From the IMG/VR virus record IMGVR_UViG_3300044712_000363, positions 2,066 through 66,065 of that record: a DNA stretch of 64,000 nt; one strand, 5' to 3'. Below the pieces are notes generated by a model. It worked only from the letters and a program-made list of their open reading frames with translations, searched no databases and was not told the origin of the DNA. Every line of letters begins with the position of its first letter. Position 1 is the first letter of the stretch. Of this stretch, positions 37,742 through 47,076 are shown one piece after another. This DNA comes from a virus. Lineage: Duplodnaviria; Caudoviricetes. Both the position numbers and the translations under genes were made by a program.

Positions 37742-38295
37742 TGCAATCTACTCCTCATCAAAGCCTCGGCTATCCGCCAATCAATTTCCTCGTCTATATC
37801 CACCGAATTCTCCTTGCCCATCAGATACAAAAAAGAACTGTCGTTATATAAACGTCCAGTCCGTCGAATAAAGTCTGTTGTGGCCGCGTATATGGCCCCA
37901 TTTTGGATGTAAGTCCCGTCTATGGGACTGTAGACCGATACAAGGGATTCAGTCATGTATCCTGCGGCCTCCCGGATGTTCTCCGGCGTGCGTAATGGCG
38001 ATGTGCATTGCAGGAGCATAATTGAGTCTACCAGATATTTATCCGCTACCCACCGGACGACATCAACATTGGTCGATATGTCGGAAGCCATAGGTTGGGG
38101 AATGACTATTGCTCCGTAACTACGAGCAATGGCCCCTATTTCAGCATCTTCGGTGGATACAAATATTTCGTCGAATACTCCGCTGTCCTGGGCCTGTTTT
38201 ATGGCCCAATAGATCAACGGCATGCCGCAGAATTCGCGGATATTTTTGCGGGGGATTCTCTTTGAACCACCTCTGCACGGAATAAGTGCATACAT
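37738..38295 (-). CDS. neuA: CMP-nonulosonate synthetase (NeuA/PseF/LegF family)
   Basis: IPCRGGSKRIPRKN, LQCTSPLR, NGAIY, SVDID. Confidence 0.93.
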   Translation of the reverse strand: MYALIPCRGGSKRIPRKNIREFCGMPLIYWAIKQAQDSGVFDEIFVSTEDAEIGAIARSYGAIVIPQPMASDISTNVDVVRWVADKYLVDSIMLLQCTSPLRTPENIREAAGYMTESLVSVYSPIDGTYIQNGAIYAATTDFIRRTGRLYNDSSFLYLMGKENSVDIDEEIDWRIAEALMRSRLQ

Positions 38296-38383
38296 TACTT
38301 ATACCTCCGGTCAACCCAGTGCATAAAGCCAAGTAAAACAAAAAACGAAACGATGATAATTGTTATCGTCATTCGAAGTTCCA

Positions 38384-39481
38384 TTATCCAAGCACCTCCA
38401 AGAGTGTCTTTGCCACGTATTCGATGTCCTCCACCGCGTTCAGGGTACTGCTTGGTAAACACAATCCCTTTTCGTATAGTTCCCGGGCGTTTGGTAAATT
38501 GGTCAGGGGTTCAAATATGCGCCTGGTAGGTATGCCGCGGGCTTTTAGTTCGGCCTGAATTTGGGGGATTTGTTTGTTGTGGTTGATTTTGATGGCGGTG
38601 AACCAGAAAGAGGGTTTTGTTGGATTAGTCCATCTAAAATTTGAACTGTAGTCGTTTTGGTAAAATTTTTGCATTTCAACAATGCCGCGGTCTATTAACG
38701 CTTCCAAGTGCAAACAGTATGAATTATAGAACTCATGCTTCTTTTCCAGGAACTCCGGCAATCGCCCCATTTGTGACAATCCCAAAGCCGCATTCTGGTT
38801 TACCATACCAAAATTAAAACCGTGTCCAACAACGTTTCCGTTACTGTCACGGCCTTGATTTACGAATTGCCTTGCACGTTCTGCCAATACATTACTATTT
38901 GTGACTATCATTCCGCCCCCGCCGCTGGTAATAATTTTGTTGCGGTTGAAGCTGAAGCAACCAATTGGTCCAATAGTCCCGGTTTGATATCCGTCATATG
39001 TTGCGCCCAAAGACTGGCAAGCATCCTCGATTACTTCTAGCCCTTTATCATTAGCTATCTGCATTATCTCTTCCATATCGCAAGGATTACCGTATAAATG
39101 TACGGGCAATATAGCCTTCGTTTTTATCGTAATTGCCTTCTCAATCTCGGCAGGGTCGATATTCCATGTATTTGGGTCAATGTCTACCACTACAGGTCGG
39201 GCCCCGGTCATCGTGACCGCATGCTTTGTTGCAACAAATGTCGTGGCCGGGATAATTACTTCATCGCCATGGCCTGTGCCTAGGACTTTCAGGGCAGTAA
39301 AAATGGCCGCAGAACCAGAGTTAGTGCTGATACAGTGGACATCACCGCCAAGATAAGCAGCAACGGCCTTTTCAAATTCTCCACGTTTGTCACCCACTGT
39401 CGATATGTCGTTACCCAATAGGGCTTTTTGTACTGCATCTATGTCTTTAAAACTGATGTTCGGATTGTCAAGGTAAATCAT
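38384..39481 (-). CDS. DegT/DnrJ PLP aminotransferase, LegC-like
   Basis: PATTFVAT, PVHLYG, IEDACQSLG, FSFNRNKIITSGGGGM. Confidence 0.9.
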   Translation of the reverse strand: MIYLDNPNISFKDIDAVQKALLGNDISTVGDKRGEFEKAVAAYLGGDVHCISTNSGSAAIFTALKVLGTGHGDEVIIPATTFVATKHAVTMTGARPVVVDIDPNTWNIDPAEIEKAITIKTKAILPVHLYGNPCDMEEIMQIANDKGLEVIEDACQSLGATYDGYQTGTIGPIGCFSFNRNKIITSGGGGMIVTNSNVLAERARQFVNQGRDSNGNVVGHGFNFGMVNQNAALGLSQMGRLPEFLEKKHEFYNSYCLHLEALIDRGIVEMQKFYQNDYSSNFRWTNPTKPSFWFTAIKINHNKQIPQIQAELKARGIPTRRIFEPLTNLPNARELYEKGLCLPSSTLNAVEDIEYVAKTLLEVLG

Positions 39482-39488
39482 AAGCGTT

Positions 39489-39725
39489 TTACGCCTCCTT
39501 AATGCACTTGGTAACTTCGATGGTTTCTCCTGTTACTTTACAAATAAGTTTGCAGGGAATAATAATCGGTTCTGTTATTCCAAGCGTAAATGTCGAACTT
39601 ATTTCAGAAAATGAACATTCAAGGCATTTCTTGACTGACATCCCGCATTCGACTTCTTCCATAAATTCTTTAATTTCTTTGTACACCTTTATTGCTGTAA
39701 GTGTAGGCAGATCAGAGTCCGTCAT
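39489..39725 (-). CDS. Cys-rich hypothetical protein
   Basis: 78 aa with CLEC and further Cys. Confidence 0.5.
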   Translation of the reverse strand: MTDSDLPTLTAIKVYKEIKEFMEEVECGMSVKKCLECSFSEISSTFTLGITEPIIIPCKLICKVTGETIEVTKCIKEA

Positions 39726-40660
39726 ATTTGCGCCTCCCCTATCTGCTTCCTGATCTCTTCAACGGTCAGGAACTGATTGTCCATCGAATCATATTGAAAG
39801 TCAATCGGTACGCTGTTTTTTGGCACGCCTTCTTTGATTAGATAATAACTGCCGCAGTCTGCCGTAATGTCTGCCGTTTCCCTGGGGCAGATGATTTCCT
39901 TCAGTTTCTCCCCCGGCCTCATGCCGACAGTCTCAAAGCCTTTGCCCAGGGCATCTATTAGATCCCGGATGTAGATCGACTTCATTTTCGGGACGAATGT
40001 CTCTTGCCCGCTCATGTGCATAAGGCATTTAAGGATAAACTCTGCACACTCGTCGGCGCTGATCCAGAACCGCGCCATAAGTGGATGTGTCAAGGGCAAG
40101 AACTCTGCACCCTCGGCAATCAGTTTCCTATAGTGCGGCAATACGGACCCGGAAGAATTAATGACGTTGCCCAAGCGGACAACGGAAAACTTCGTGCCCT
40201 TGTCCATATTGTTTGCCGCGATAAATAGTTTTTCGGCAGCCAGCTTCGTGGCCCCATAGAGAGATACGCTGTTAATCGCCTTATCGGTGGATATCAATAT
40301 GGCTTTTTCTATGCCATGGGCGATAGCGGCTTTTATGACGTTCTCAGTCCCGATGACGTTGGTCTTAATACATTCCATCGGGTTGAATTCGGCTATGTCA
40401 ACGTGCTTCATCGCTGCTGCGTGAATAATGTAGTCGATGTCCTTGCATGCCTGATTCACGCGGTCAAAGTCGCGCACGTCGCCAACAAAAAAGCGCAAGC
40501 AGTCATTTTTGAACTGTTGCGCCATGAGATAGTGCTTATGTTCGTCCCGGCTGAATACTACCAGTCGCCGGGGTTGGTAATTGTCAAGTATGTGTTTCAC
40601 CAGGGCTTTACCTAATGTTCCGGTCGCCCCTGTAATGAGAATTGAACGTCCGTTGAGCAT
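39722..40660 (-). CDS. pseB: UDP-GlcNAc 4,6-dehydratase (PseB/FlaA1 type)
   Basis: ITGATGTLG, SRDE.K, HAAA.KHV, NP.ECIKTN, STDKA, YGATK, RFWI, RPGEKL. Confidence 0.9.
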   Translation of the reverse strand: MLNGRSILITGATGTLGKALVKHILDNYQPRRLVVFSRDEHKHYLMAQQFKNDCLRFFVGDVRDFDRVNQACKDIDYIIHAAAMKHVDIAEFNPMECIKTNVIGTENVIKAAIAHGIEKAILISTDKAINSVSLYGATKLAAEKLFIAANNMDKGTKFSVVRLGNVINSSGSVLPHYRKLIAEGAEFLPLTHPLMARFWISADECAEFILKCLMHMSGQETFVPKMKSIYIRDLIDALGKGFETVGMRPGEKLKEIICPRETADITADCGSYYLIKEGVPKNSVPIDFQYDSMDNQFLTVEEIRKQIGEAQI

Positions 40661-40671
40661 TTTATGCCTCC

Positions 40672-40830
40672 CTATTTTAACAGATCCATAATTTCCAGTA
40701 CACATACTGCTAAAACAGCATAATGTGTGGCTTTTTGAACTTCGTTATCATTGTAAAGTAACGCAGAAATTATAATAGCGCAACCCACAAGGAATGCACC
40801 TACATTGAAAACAATAAATTCCAGCATCAT
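40672..40830 (-). CDS. 52-aa membrane peptide
   Basis: MMLEFIVFNVGAFLVGCAIIISALL...; AGGAGG RBS. Confidence 0.5.
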   Translation of the reverse strand: MMLEFIVFNVGAFLVGCAIIISALLYNDNEVQKATHYAVLAVCVLEIMDLLK

Positions 40831-40839
40831 CGTGCCTCC

Positions 40840-41322
40840 TTAGAATTTCATGTTGCCTTTAAGTAATTTAACTACTTCACTTAATGCCCAATATTCAGGG
40901 TTAAAAATAAGCGTACACACTTCTACAAAGCTTGGTAATGCAAAAATAAATGTCGCTATGAAGGTTAGATTGATGATTAGCAATATCATAAAAAAGTCAA
41001 TTGCGCTAATGTCTTCTCTGATTTTAGCTAAAAGTGTCCCTTCTCTAAAACTAATCTGAATTAAACGCCAAAGTCCCCCAAAAAGTAAAAACCACAACAC
41101 ATATTTAAGGCAGGCGGATATGGCATAAACCTTTGCCTGTTGTACCTGTAATTGAAAAAGGTACTTAGCAGAAGTCCCTACAGCTTCAGCCGCTTTTTCC
41201 ATATATGGCGTTACTGTTTCCAATATCTCCTTAAACCCAGTTACAAAACCAGACGTTGCCGCTTGTGCGGCTTGGGCTCCCTGTTGAACCACTTGGGCTG
41301 TTTGTTCGATTTCGGACATCAT
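40840..41322 (-). CDS. membrane protein (2 TM)
   Basis: Two hydrophobic helices, NPEYWAL motif. Confidence 0.7.
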   Translation of the reverse strand: MMSEIEQTAQVVQQGAQAAQAATSGFVTGFKEILETVTPYMEKAAEAVGTSAKYLFQLQVQQAKVYAISACLKYVLWFLLFGGLWRLIQISFREGTLLAKIREDISAIDFFMILLIINLTFIATFIFALPSFVEVCTLIFNPEYWALSEVVKLLKGNMKF

Positions 41323-41697
41323 GTGCCTCCCTATCTAAAATTAATTCCCCGGTTGGTTCGCATCATGCGGTCAATGGCTTTGAAACTCAGATGTTCCTGT
41401 GGGGGTTTCTTCGGTTTAGGTTTTTCCTTCTTCTTTCCCATGCTTTACCTCCTGGAGTTTGCCGTCCACCACTTCCAGACCGTGCAATTTTTTGCATTTC
41501 CGGCATTTCCCCTGGACTGTGGTGTCGGTGTATTTCAAAATCAGTGGCCTGTGTTCGTTGCAGTCGCAGCGTAGTTCGCGCATTGTTTAGTCTCCCTTGA
41601 ATCAATATATCCCCCTATGGGGAATCCCTGCCGGGACGAACCACAGACGCAGGGCAAATCTGGCAATAAGAAAAGCGACCGTCATCTGACAGCCGCT

Positions 41698-42078
41698 TTA
41701 GTCAATTAAGTGCTTTATATGTTTATTAAAATCATCCATACTTATCTTGAAACTCTGTCCATCAATTACTATTGTAGCCGTGTCGTTATAGTTGCGCACT
41801 CTGAAAGTTTGACCACGGTATTCGAGCGGTGTGGTTCCAAAATTAAGAGTGCATTTAATATTCGCCGCATTTTTAAGTTTGGATATAATTTCAGATATTA
41901 CAACATCAGCACCTCTAGGGTTTCCCCTCAACCAGCCATTTCTAGCATCCATAGCATCTTCTATAGCTTCTTCCTTCGTGTCTCCCGTTCCGATAATCCC
42001 AGGTAGGTCTGGAAACTCGACTATCCAACCAGACCCTTCTTCGGCGGTTAATTGACGAATAGTGTATTTCAAGTGCAT
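41698..42078 (-). CDS. hicB: HicB-like antitoxin-domain protein
   Basis: GWIVEFPDLPG..GTGDT.EEA..DA.DA...WL; no adjacent hicA. Confidence 0.75.
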   Translation of the reverse strand: MHLKYTIRQLTAEEGSGWIVEFPDLPGIIGTGDTKEEAIEDAMDARNGWLRGNPRGADVVISEIISKLKNAANIKCTLNFGTTPLEYRGQTFRVRNYNDTATIVIDGQSFKISMDDFNKHIKHLID

Positions 42079-42083
42079 GCCCC

Positions 42084-42269
42084 CTATGGTTTCCCCTGTG
42101 TCAATTTCAACCACTTCCATGCTCGGTCGATGGCCTGTGTCCATCCTGTTCCCTTGTCCAGTTCCTCATTGATGACATGGCACATAAACCCTAGTGCTTC
42201 GTAATCGTCGCCCAGGATGTTTTTTATATATCGTGGCAAGTCGTCTGTTGTTGCGTATCGCTTGTCCAT
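42084..42269 (-). CDS. hypothetical protein
   Basis: 61-aa ORF. Confidence 0.5.
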   Translation of the reverse strand: MDKRYATTDDLPRYIKNILGDDYEALGFMCHVINEELDKGTGWTQAIDRAWKWLKLTQGKP

Positions 42270-42291
42270 AATTACTATTATACCCGAAAAC

Positions 42292-43176
42292 TCACATTGC
42301 TTGCTTGAGTAAATTCATACATTTTTTGATATTGTTTTTTATGTCTTGCTCTTTGAATCTTAGAACTTTATAACCGCGGGATTTTAAATCTTGGTCCTTT
42401 TTAATATCTTTTTGTTTTCGTTCTGGTCTATTATGCCAATAATCGCCATCTGCTTCGATAACAATTTTGCTTTCAGGTAAATAAAAGTCCACTAAATACC
42501 TGCCTAGCCGCTGTTGTTCAATAAAATCTATATTTAGCATTTCCAATTCGTTCTTAACTATTAATTCAAGTGAACTTTTCCTTCCTCCTTGTGCGGCTGT
42601 TGTTGCAGAACCAACGCAAAATCTGGAACAATATCTTGTTTCAAGTTCTTTGCTTGGTTTAACCTTAAACTCCTTGCCACACCATTGACATTTAACAATT
42701 TTCCTTTCGAGAAATAACGGATGCTCCTTACCTGTGATTCTTCTTTTCGCTTCGTGTTTACAAGCATCTGAACAATATTTTGCTGAATCCTTCCTGACTT
42801 TAGGAACTTCGAATTCTTTGCCACAAATAATGCAGATTATTTTACATGGAGTTTCTTTGTTCCAAGGAGCGCTGCCCTTTCTGCTATCATTACCACATTT
42901 TACACTGCAATGTGTTTTATGACCTCTAAATGTCTTGCCACATTGAGGGCATGTTCTCCAAATCATTTTTGATTCAACAGAACATTTATGGCAACAATAT
43001 TTTCTGCTATCGCAACAAGGTTTCACTTTGAATACTTTGCCACAGTTACAACAGACTTTTTCTATCCTTTTCCTTGATCCGATGTGTTGGCATGGTTTAG
43101 AGCAGTATTTTTGAGTCTCTTTTATAGGCTTATATTCTTTTTGGCAAACGACACACTTTCGAGTTATTTTAATCAC
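42292..43176 (-). CDS. Zn-ribbon-repeat DUF559/Vsr-like endonuclease (free-standing homing type)
   Basis: Five CxxCGK.F...(Y)CS..C-type repeats; VDFY...IVIEADGDYWH...D..KD..L...GY.VLRF. Confidence 0.85.
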   Translation of the reverse strand: MIKITRKCVVCQKEYKPIKETQKYCSKPCQHIGSRKRIEKVCCNCGKVFKVKPCCDSRKYCCHKCSVESKMIWRTCPQCGKTFRGHKTHCSVKCGNDSRKGSAPWNKETPCKIICIICGKEFEVPKVRKDSAKYCSDACKHEAKRRITGKEHPLFLERKIVKCQWCGKEFKVKPSKELETRYCSRFCVGSATTAAQGGRKSSLELIVKNELEMLNIDFIEQQRLGRYLVDFYLPESKIVIEADGDYWHNRPERKQKDIKKDQDLKSRGYKVLRFKEQDIKNNIKKCMNLLKQAM

Positions 43177-44038
43177 TCCTTGGAGTCACTAAGCCTTGGG
43201 CGCATCTACACGAGCAATGGAGTGGAGGCCCACTAACATGTTTCCCTAGAGTCTTTGAATAAAATTTTTCATCAAGCCCGACCTTTTGCCCGTCCATTGG
43301 TTTACAGTGTTGACAAGTCCTGGCTGAAGCAGTTGCGGCTATCCATACTCTTTTGCTCTCGAGGAGTAAAAATCCTTCATTTTGAGCAACTTTCCATGCA
43401 ATTTCTACTCCACGATTAGAAGCACCGATGCACTCTGTCCTCGCCACATTCATTGCCCTATTCCTCAGCAACCGTTTAGAATAATCCATCGCCATTCCGT
43501 CGACTTGCTTTGCTGTCAAATTATTAGCATCCTCATTAAGCGCCAGCCAATACCTCAACACCGCCCTTGCGTCCCTGTCAGTAAGTCCTATCATGCCCTG
43601 AATGCGCTTGGCCATATCTCGCGGCGGATATCCCGTCTGCATCCCTTCAAAAACTACAGAACGAATGGCAAGCTTTGTTTCTTCGCTCACCATCGTTACC
43701 AGCTCGGCCCCGTGTTCTGCGACCCATCTTTCGGCGTATGGGTTTCTGATGTCAAAGGAATAGGGGATGTCTAACCGTTTCCATGCTTCTGCGCCCGTGA
43801 GTGCCATGATGGAATTTGCGATGGATTCGTGCAGTTTTGCCAGACGATTGTCGAAGCGGTCGGCCCAGTCTATAGAGTCAATGATATACGCCGGATCGCC
43901 TCGGGCAATGGCTTCTTCGATGAGTGCAATGTCGATGTCCTGCAGGTCGGCGAGGATGAGCTCTGTGCCGTTGGTTAGTTGGAGGACGTGGGCATCGGCT
44001 GCATTATGTTGATAGGCCCATTCTTTTTCATTAGGCAT
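43169..44038 (-). CDS. MuF/SPP1 gp7-like minor head protein
   Basis: RA..VARTE, K.W......RTC..C..MDG, PPLHCSCRC. Confidence 0.88.
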   Translation of the reverse strand: MPNEKEWAYQHNAADAHVLQLTNGTELILADLQDIDIALIEEAIARGDPAYIIDSIDWADRFDNRLAKLHESIANSIMALTGAEAWKRLDIPYSFDIRNPYAERWVAEHGAELVTMVSEETKLAIRSVVFEGMQTGYPPRDMAKRIQGMIGLTDRDARAVLRYWLALNEDANNLTAKQVDGMAMDYSKRLLRNRAMNVARTECIGASNRGVEIAWKVAQNEGFLLLESKRVWIAATASARTCQHCKPMDGQKVGLDEKFYSKTLGKHVSGPPLHCSCRCAQGLVTPRSD

Positions 44039-44053
44039 CTGTGCGCCTCCTTT

Positions 44054-45349
44054 CTACATTGGTCCCGGTTCTCGTTGCGGTAAGTTAGCTTTGCGCCGCA
44101 GGTAATTTTCTAACTCGTCATCTCCTACGAGCGGGAAACCTGCTTTTCCGAGTTTCTCTAAGAATACGCCGAGTTCATCAATGCTCAACTCCTGGACTGG
44201 ACCGTGTTTCAGTGTAGGCAATTGCTCCAGCTTCCAGCCGTTGACTTGAAACAGCCGCGGAATAGCGAACCTGTTAAACACTTCGGCAATTGAGTCAAGC
44301 CAAGCATATAACGCCGTGGAGAATAAATTCATCTTACTGCTGACAAGAGAAAAGGACCCGACTTTATCGAGTCCCAGCATTATGAATTCAGCGAGTACCG
44401 TCATGGCGATGCGCTGTTCATACCTTGTAATGGTTTTATCAACGTCAATTTGCCGTGTGCCGCCGGTGGACAAAAGCCGGAATTTAAAGCCAGTCGGTTT
44501 TCCATCGTCGTTTAATTCGGCAGGGATGACTAATCCTTCCCTTTCGTCCCGGCGGATTTCGGATACTATGACTTTTAATTGTTCAACCATCGCCTTTTGT
44601 GTGGCTGTTGCGTCAGACATTAAATTTTCCGGCGGCACTTCGCAAACCGGCAGTCCGGCTAAGTCCCTTTCAATGCCGATGGCTTCAATCTCTTCGATTC
44701 TTTTTTTGAAAAACCAGGGCCTGTGGCTTGTGCGAAGTACGCTAACGCCTTCGGGGTTGTTCTTGATTATTTTCGTTCTGAATAAAAGTGCCTTTTCAAT
44801 GGGGATGAATACGTTCCCAGGATTAGTGCCATACATAACCGATTGATGCATCCCGGCAATACCGCCGTCGTCTTGAAACTCCCATCTGTCGAGTGATTCC
44901 TGCGCTCTTAGCGGGATCTTACGCCAGCCTATTTTCCCATCGGTGAACTTACTTCGTCTGCTTGGATCGGTGCTGTCCGGCCCTTGACGGTATTTATAGA
45001 TAATTTCGTGATATGCCCAGCCGTTAATAAGCATTGTTAATATTTCGCTGATTAAGTCCGGCCAGGAGTGCGACATATCCGACATGCACTCTTCGAGAAA
45101 CTGCGCGGGTTCTGCATCGGCTGTGTTATCGGAAGCAGGTTCTGCTGACCACGTGACCTGCCTGCACAACATTTCGATGGCAAATAAAATTGACCCGATA
45201 ACCGGGTCATTCTGTGACATCTCAGCATATATTTTTGCCGCCCTGCCGCCGCTAAGTTTGCGAAGTTGTTCTTCGTAAATTCTGCCGCCCGAGCGTTTTA
45301 GGCCGGAATCGCCGATTATATTTAAGTCTAAGGCCAATGTTTTCACCAC
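44054..45349 (-). CDS. portal protein (DUF935-like)
   Basis: 431 aa after terL; NPEG.S.LR, IGIER...G.P, GSFSL. Confidence 0.85.
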   Translation of the reverse strand: MVKTLALDLNIIGDSGLKRSGGRIYEEQLRKLSGGRAAKIYAEMSQNDPVIGSILFAIEMLCRQVTWSAEPASDNTADAEPAQFLEECMSDMSHSWPDLISEILTMLINGWAYHEIIYKYRQGPDSTDPSRRSKFTDGKIGWRKIPLRAQESLDRWEFQDDGGIAGMHQSVMYGTNPGNVFIPIEKALLFRTKIIKNNPEGVSVLRTSHRPWFFKKRIEEIEAIGIERDLAGLPVCEVPPENLMSDATATQKAMVEQLKVIVSEIRRDEREGLVIPAELNDDGKPTGFKFRLLSTGGTRQIDVDKTITRYEQRIAMTVLAEFIMLGLDKVGSFSLVSSKMNLFSTALYAWLDSIAEVFNRFAIPRLFQVNGWKLEQLPTLKHGPVQELSIDELGVFLEKLGKAGFPLVGDDELENYLRRKANLPQREPGPM

Positions 45350-46627
45350 CTATACGATTTTCCAGTATGACTGTTGTTTGCCAACGTTCAAATCAAGACT
45401 AACGTCGGTTACTCTGTTCCGCATTTCGTCCTCATAAGCGTACCTAAGACCATCGATCAAATGATTCAGCTTGTCTACAGGTTCATTCAGCACGTTCCCG
45501 TTCTTGTCTTCACGCCACTTATACTGTTGAAATTCATTCTTTGCGTTTTGACAACTAACGTCTATAATAATTTCCTGGCGTTGTAACCATTGAATGCCGA
45601 AGTTAACTGAGTCTTTGCCTTTTATGGCACCCTTGGCAGTAATTCCAAGGTTTTTTAATTCCTGTATGCTTTTAGGTTCTGAGCTATCGCATGTTACAAC
45701 TTGTCTGCCGATAATAGCTTTTACTTTGTCGGCAAGCACATCATTAGTTAAGCCTCGTTCGTATATTTCGTCGAGTACATATATCCGTTTTCGCATCTTA
45801 TCATAATAGGTATGTATTAATGCTGCCGGATCACTGCCATAACCAAAGTCGAGGCCGTTTTTAAACTTATCAGCAATCTTTCTAATTTCGCTGCAGTTTT
45901 CTGTGCGCCAATTTTTAAAGATAACCGCTCCAAGTACGCCCCAATTACCCAAAGTATAAACATCGTAATAATATGGGTCCGGTTCGTTCTCTAATCCTTT
46001 TATGTCATCGGGTGTTAGGAACTTGTTATCTTTATATGTCGTTTTTAGAATTACAACATCTTCACCGCGACAACATTGTTTTGAATTATCCCATATGCCG
46101 AAGAAGTCTTTGTATATCCAATGATCCTGCAGTATAGGATTGAATGACATTGTAAGACGTTTTTTGTCTTTAGAAATACCCCGTAGACGTTTATATAATT
46201 GCTTTACTGCGTCCCTATCTGTCTCGGTAGCTTCTTCAATGCGTATATCGGTGATAACGCCTTTTTGCGGGGTGATGGATTTTATCTTTTCAACGTCATC
46301 AAGGCCCCCGAATAATATTTGATAGCCGTTAATACAGGTAACAACCATGTCAGACTTGTTAATAGTAAAATACTTATTTACCTTGAAAAATGATATGGCC
46401 TTAACTATCTCGTTAAATACTGACTTACGAATAGTGTCTTTAACATTACGCACTAAAAGAAAATTCCTACCGCCTTTTAGAACGTCCAGGACGTCCCGTT
46501 GCGCTAGGAAATATGATTTCCCCGATGACGAACCACCGAATAATAACTGGGTTCGGGTATCGTCATTAAGGAATGGAATATAAATATCGTTGAATACTTT
46601 CTTGCTGACTTCTAGTTCTATATTCAT
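45350..46627 (-). CDS. terL: terminase large subunit, PBSX family
   Basis: GGSSSGKS, IEEATE, SFNP, GLDFG, NHLIDGLRY. Confidence 0.95.
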   Translation of the reverse strand: MNIELEVSKKVFNDIYIPFLNDDTRTQLLFGGSSSGKSYFLAQRDVLDVLKGGRNFLLVRNVKDTIRKSVFNEIVKAISFFKVNKYFTINKSDMVVTCINGYQILFGGLDDVEKIKSITPQKGVITDIRIEEATETDRDAVKQLYKRLRGISKDKKRLTMSFNPILQDHWIYKDFFGIWDNSKQCCRGEDVVILKTTYKDNKFLTPDDIKGLENEPDPYYYDVYTLGNWGVLGAVIFKNWRTENCSEIRKIADKFKNGLDFGYGSDPAALIHTYYDKMRKRIYVLDEIYERGLTNDVLADKVKAIIGRQVVTCDSSEPKSIQELKNLGITAKGAIKGKDSVNFGIQWLQRQEIIIDVSCQNAKNEFQQYKWREDKNGNVLNEPVDKLNHLIDGLRYAYEDEMRNRVTDVSLDLNVGKQQSYWKIV

Positions 46628-47076
46628 TCATTATCATCTACCAATGTGACTTTTATTTTAACGGTATCCGAGCCGCTGTCTTTATCTCCTAGACTTACCT
46701 TTCCTACGGCCTGGAAGTTTTTTAACGCTGCAGACAATTTGTTTATATCTTCAGGCAGTGCTTGCTTGTCAATCATTGCTTGCACTTTGTCCATTCCTTT
46801 TTTAGCAGCATTGAAACAATCAAGATCAAATTGACTACCTTCATCAGAGATAACTTCCGCTTTCTTCTCTTGACGTTTGGTTGATATTTTATTGACCATT
46901 ATTTCTTTTTGTACGTCCCATTGATCTTTTTTAGCTTTACGGCAAATTGTAGCGGGATCAATATTATATTTAGCAGATATTTCAGCTTGTGACGGATGAA
47001 TTAACTGCCCGCCTTTCTTGATTCCTTCGACATATTCTTTTTTAATCTGTTCCCAATTATGACGGGCCATAATCAC
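46624..47076 (-). CDS. terS: terminase small subunit
   Basis: WEQIKKEY HTH, W motif, directly upstream of terL. Confidence 0.8.
   Translation of the reverse strand: MIMARHNWEQIKKEYVEGIKKGGQLIHPSQAEISAKYNIDPATICRKAKKDQWDVQKEIMVNKISTKRQEKKAEVISDEGSQFDLDCFNAAKKGMDKVQAMIDKQALPEDINKLSAALKNFQAVGKVSLGDKDSGSDTVKIKVTLVDDNE

Noticed and set aside
32345-40660. Sugar cluster as host chromosomal O-antigen/capsule locus or assembly chimera
   Set aside because: No flippase, polymerase or typical GT2/GT4 genes; co-oriented within the head operon and interleaved with phage-type ORFs, though read-level checking is still advisable
43169-46627. Intein or group I intron in MuF, portal or terminase
   Set aside because: All three ORFs are continuous and of normal length, with no intein motifs
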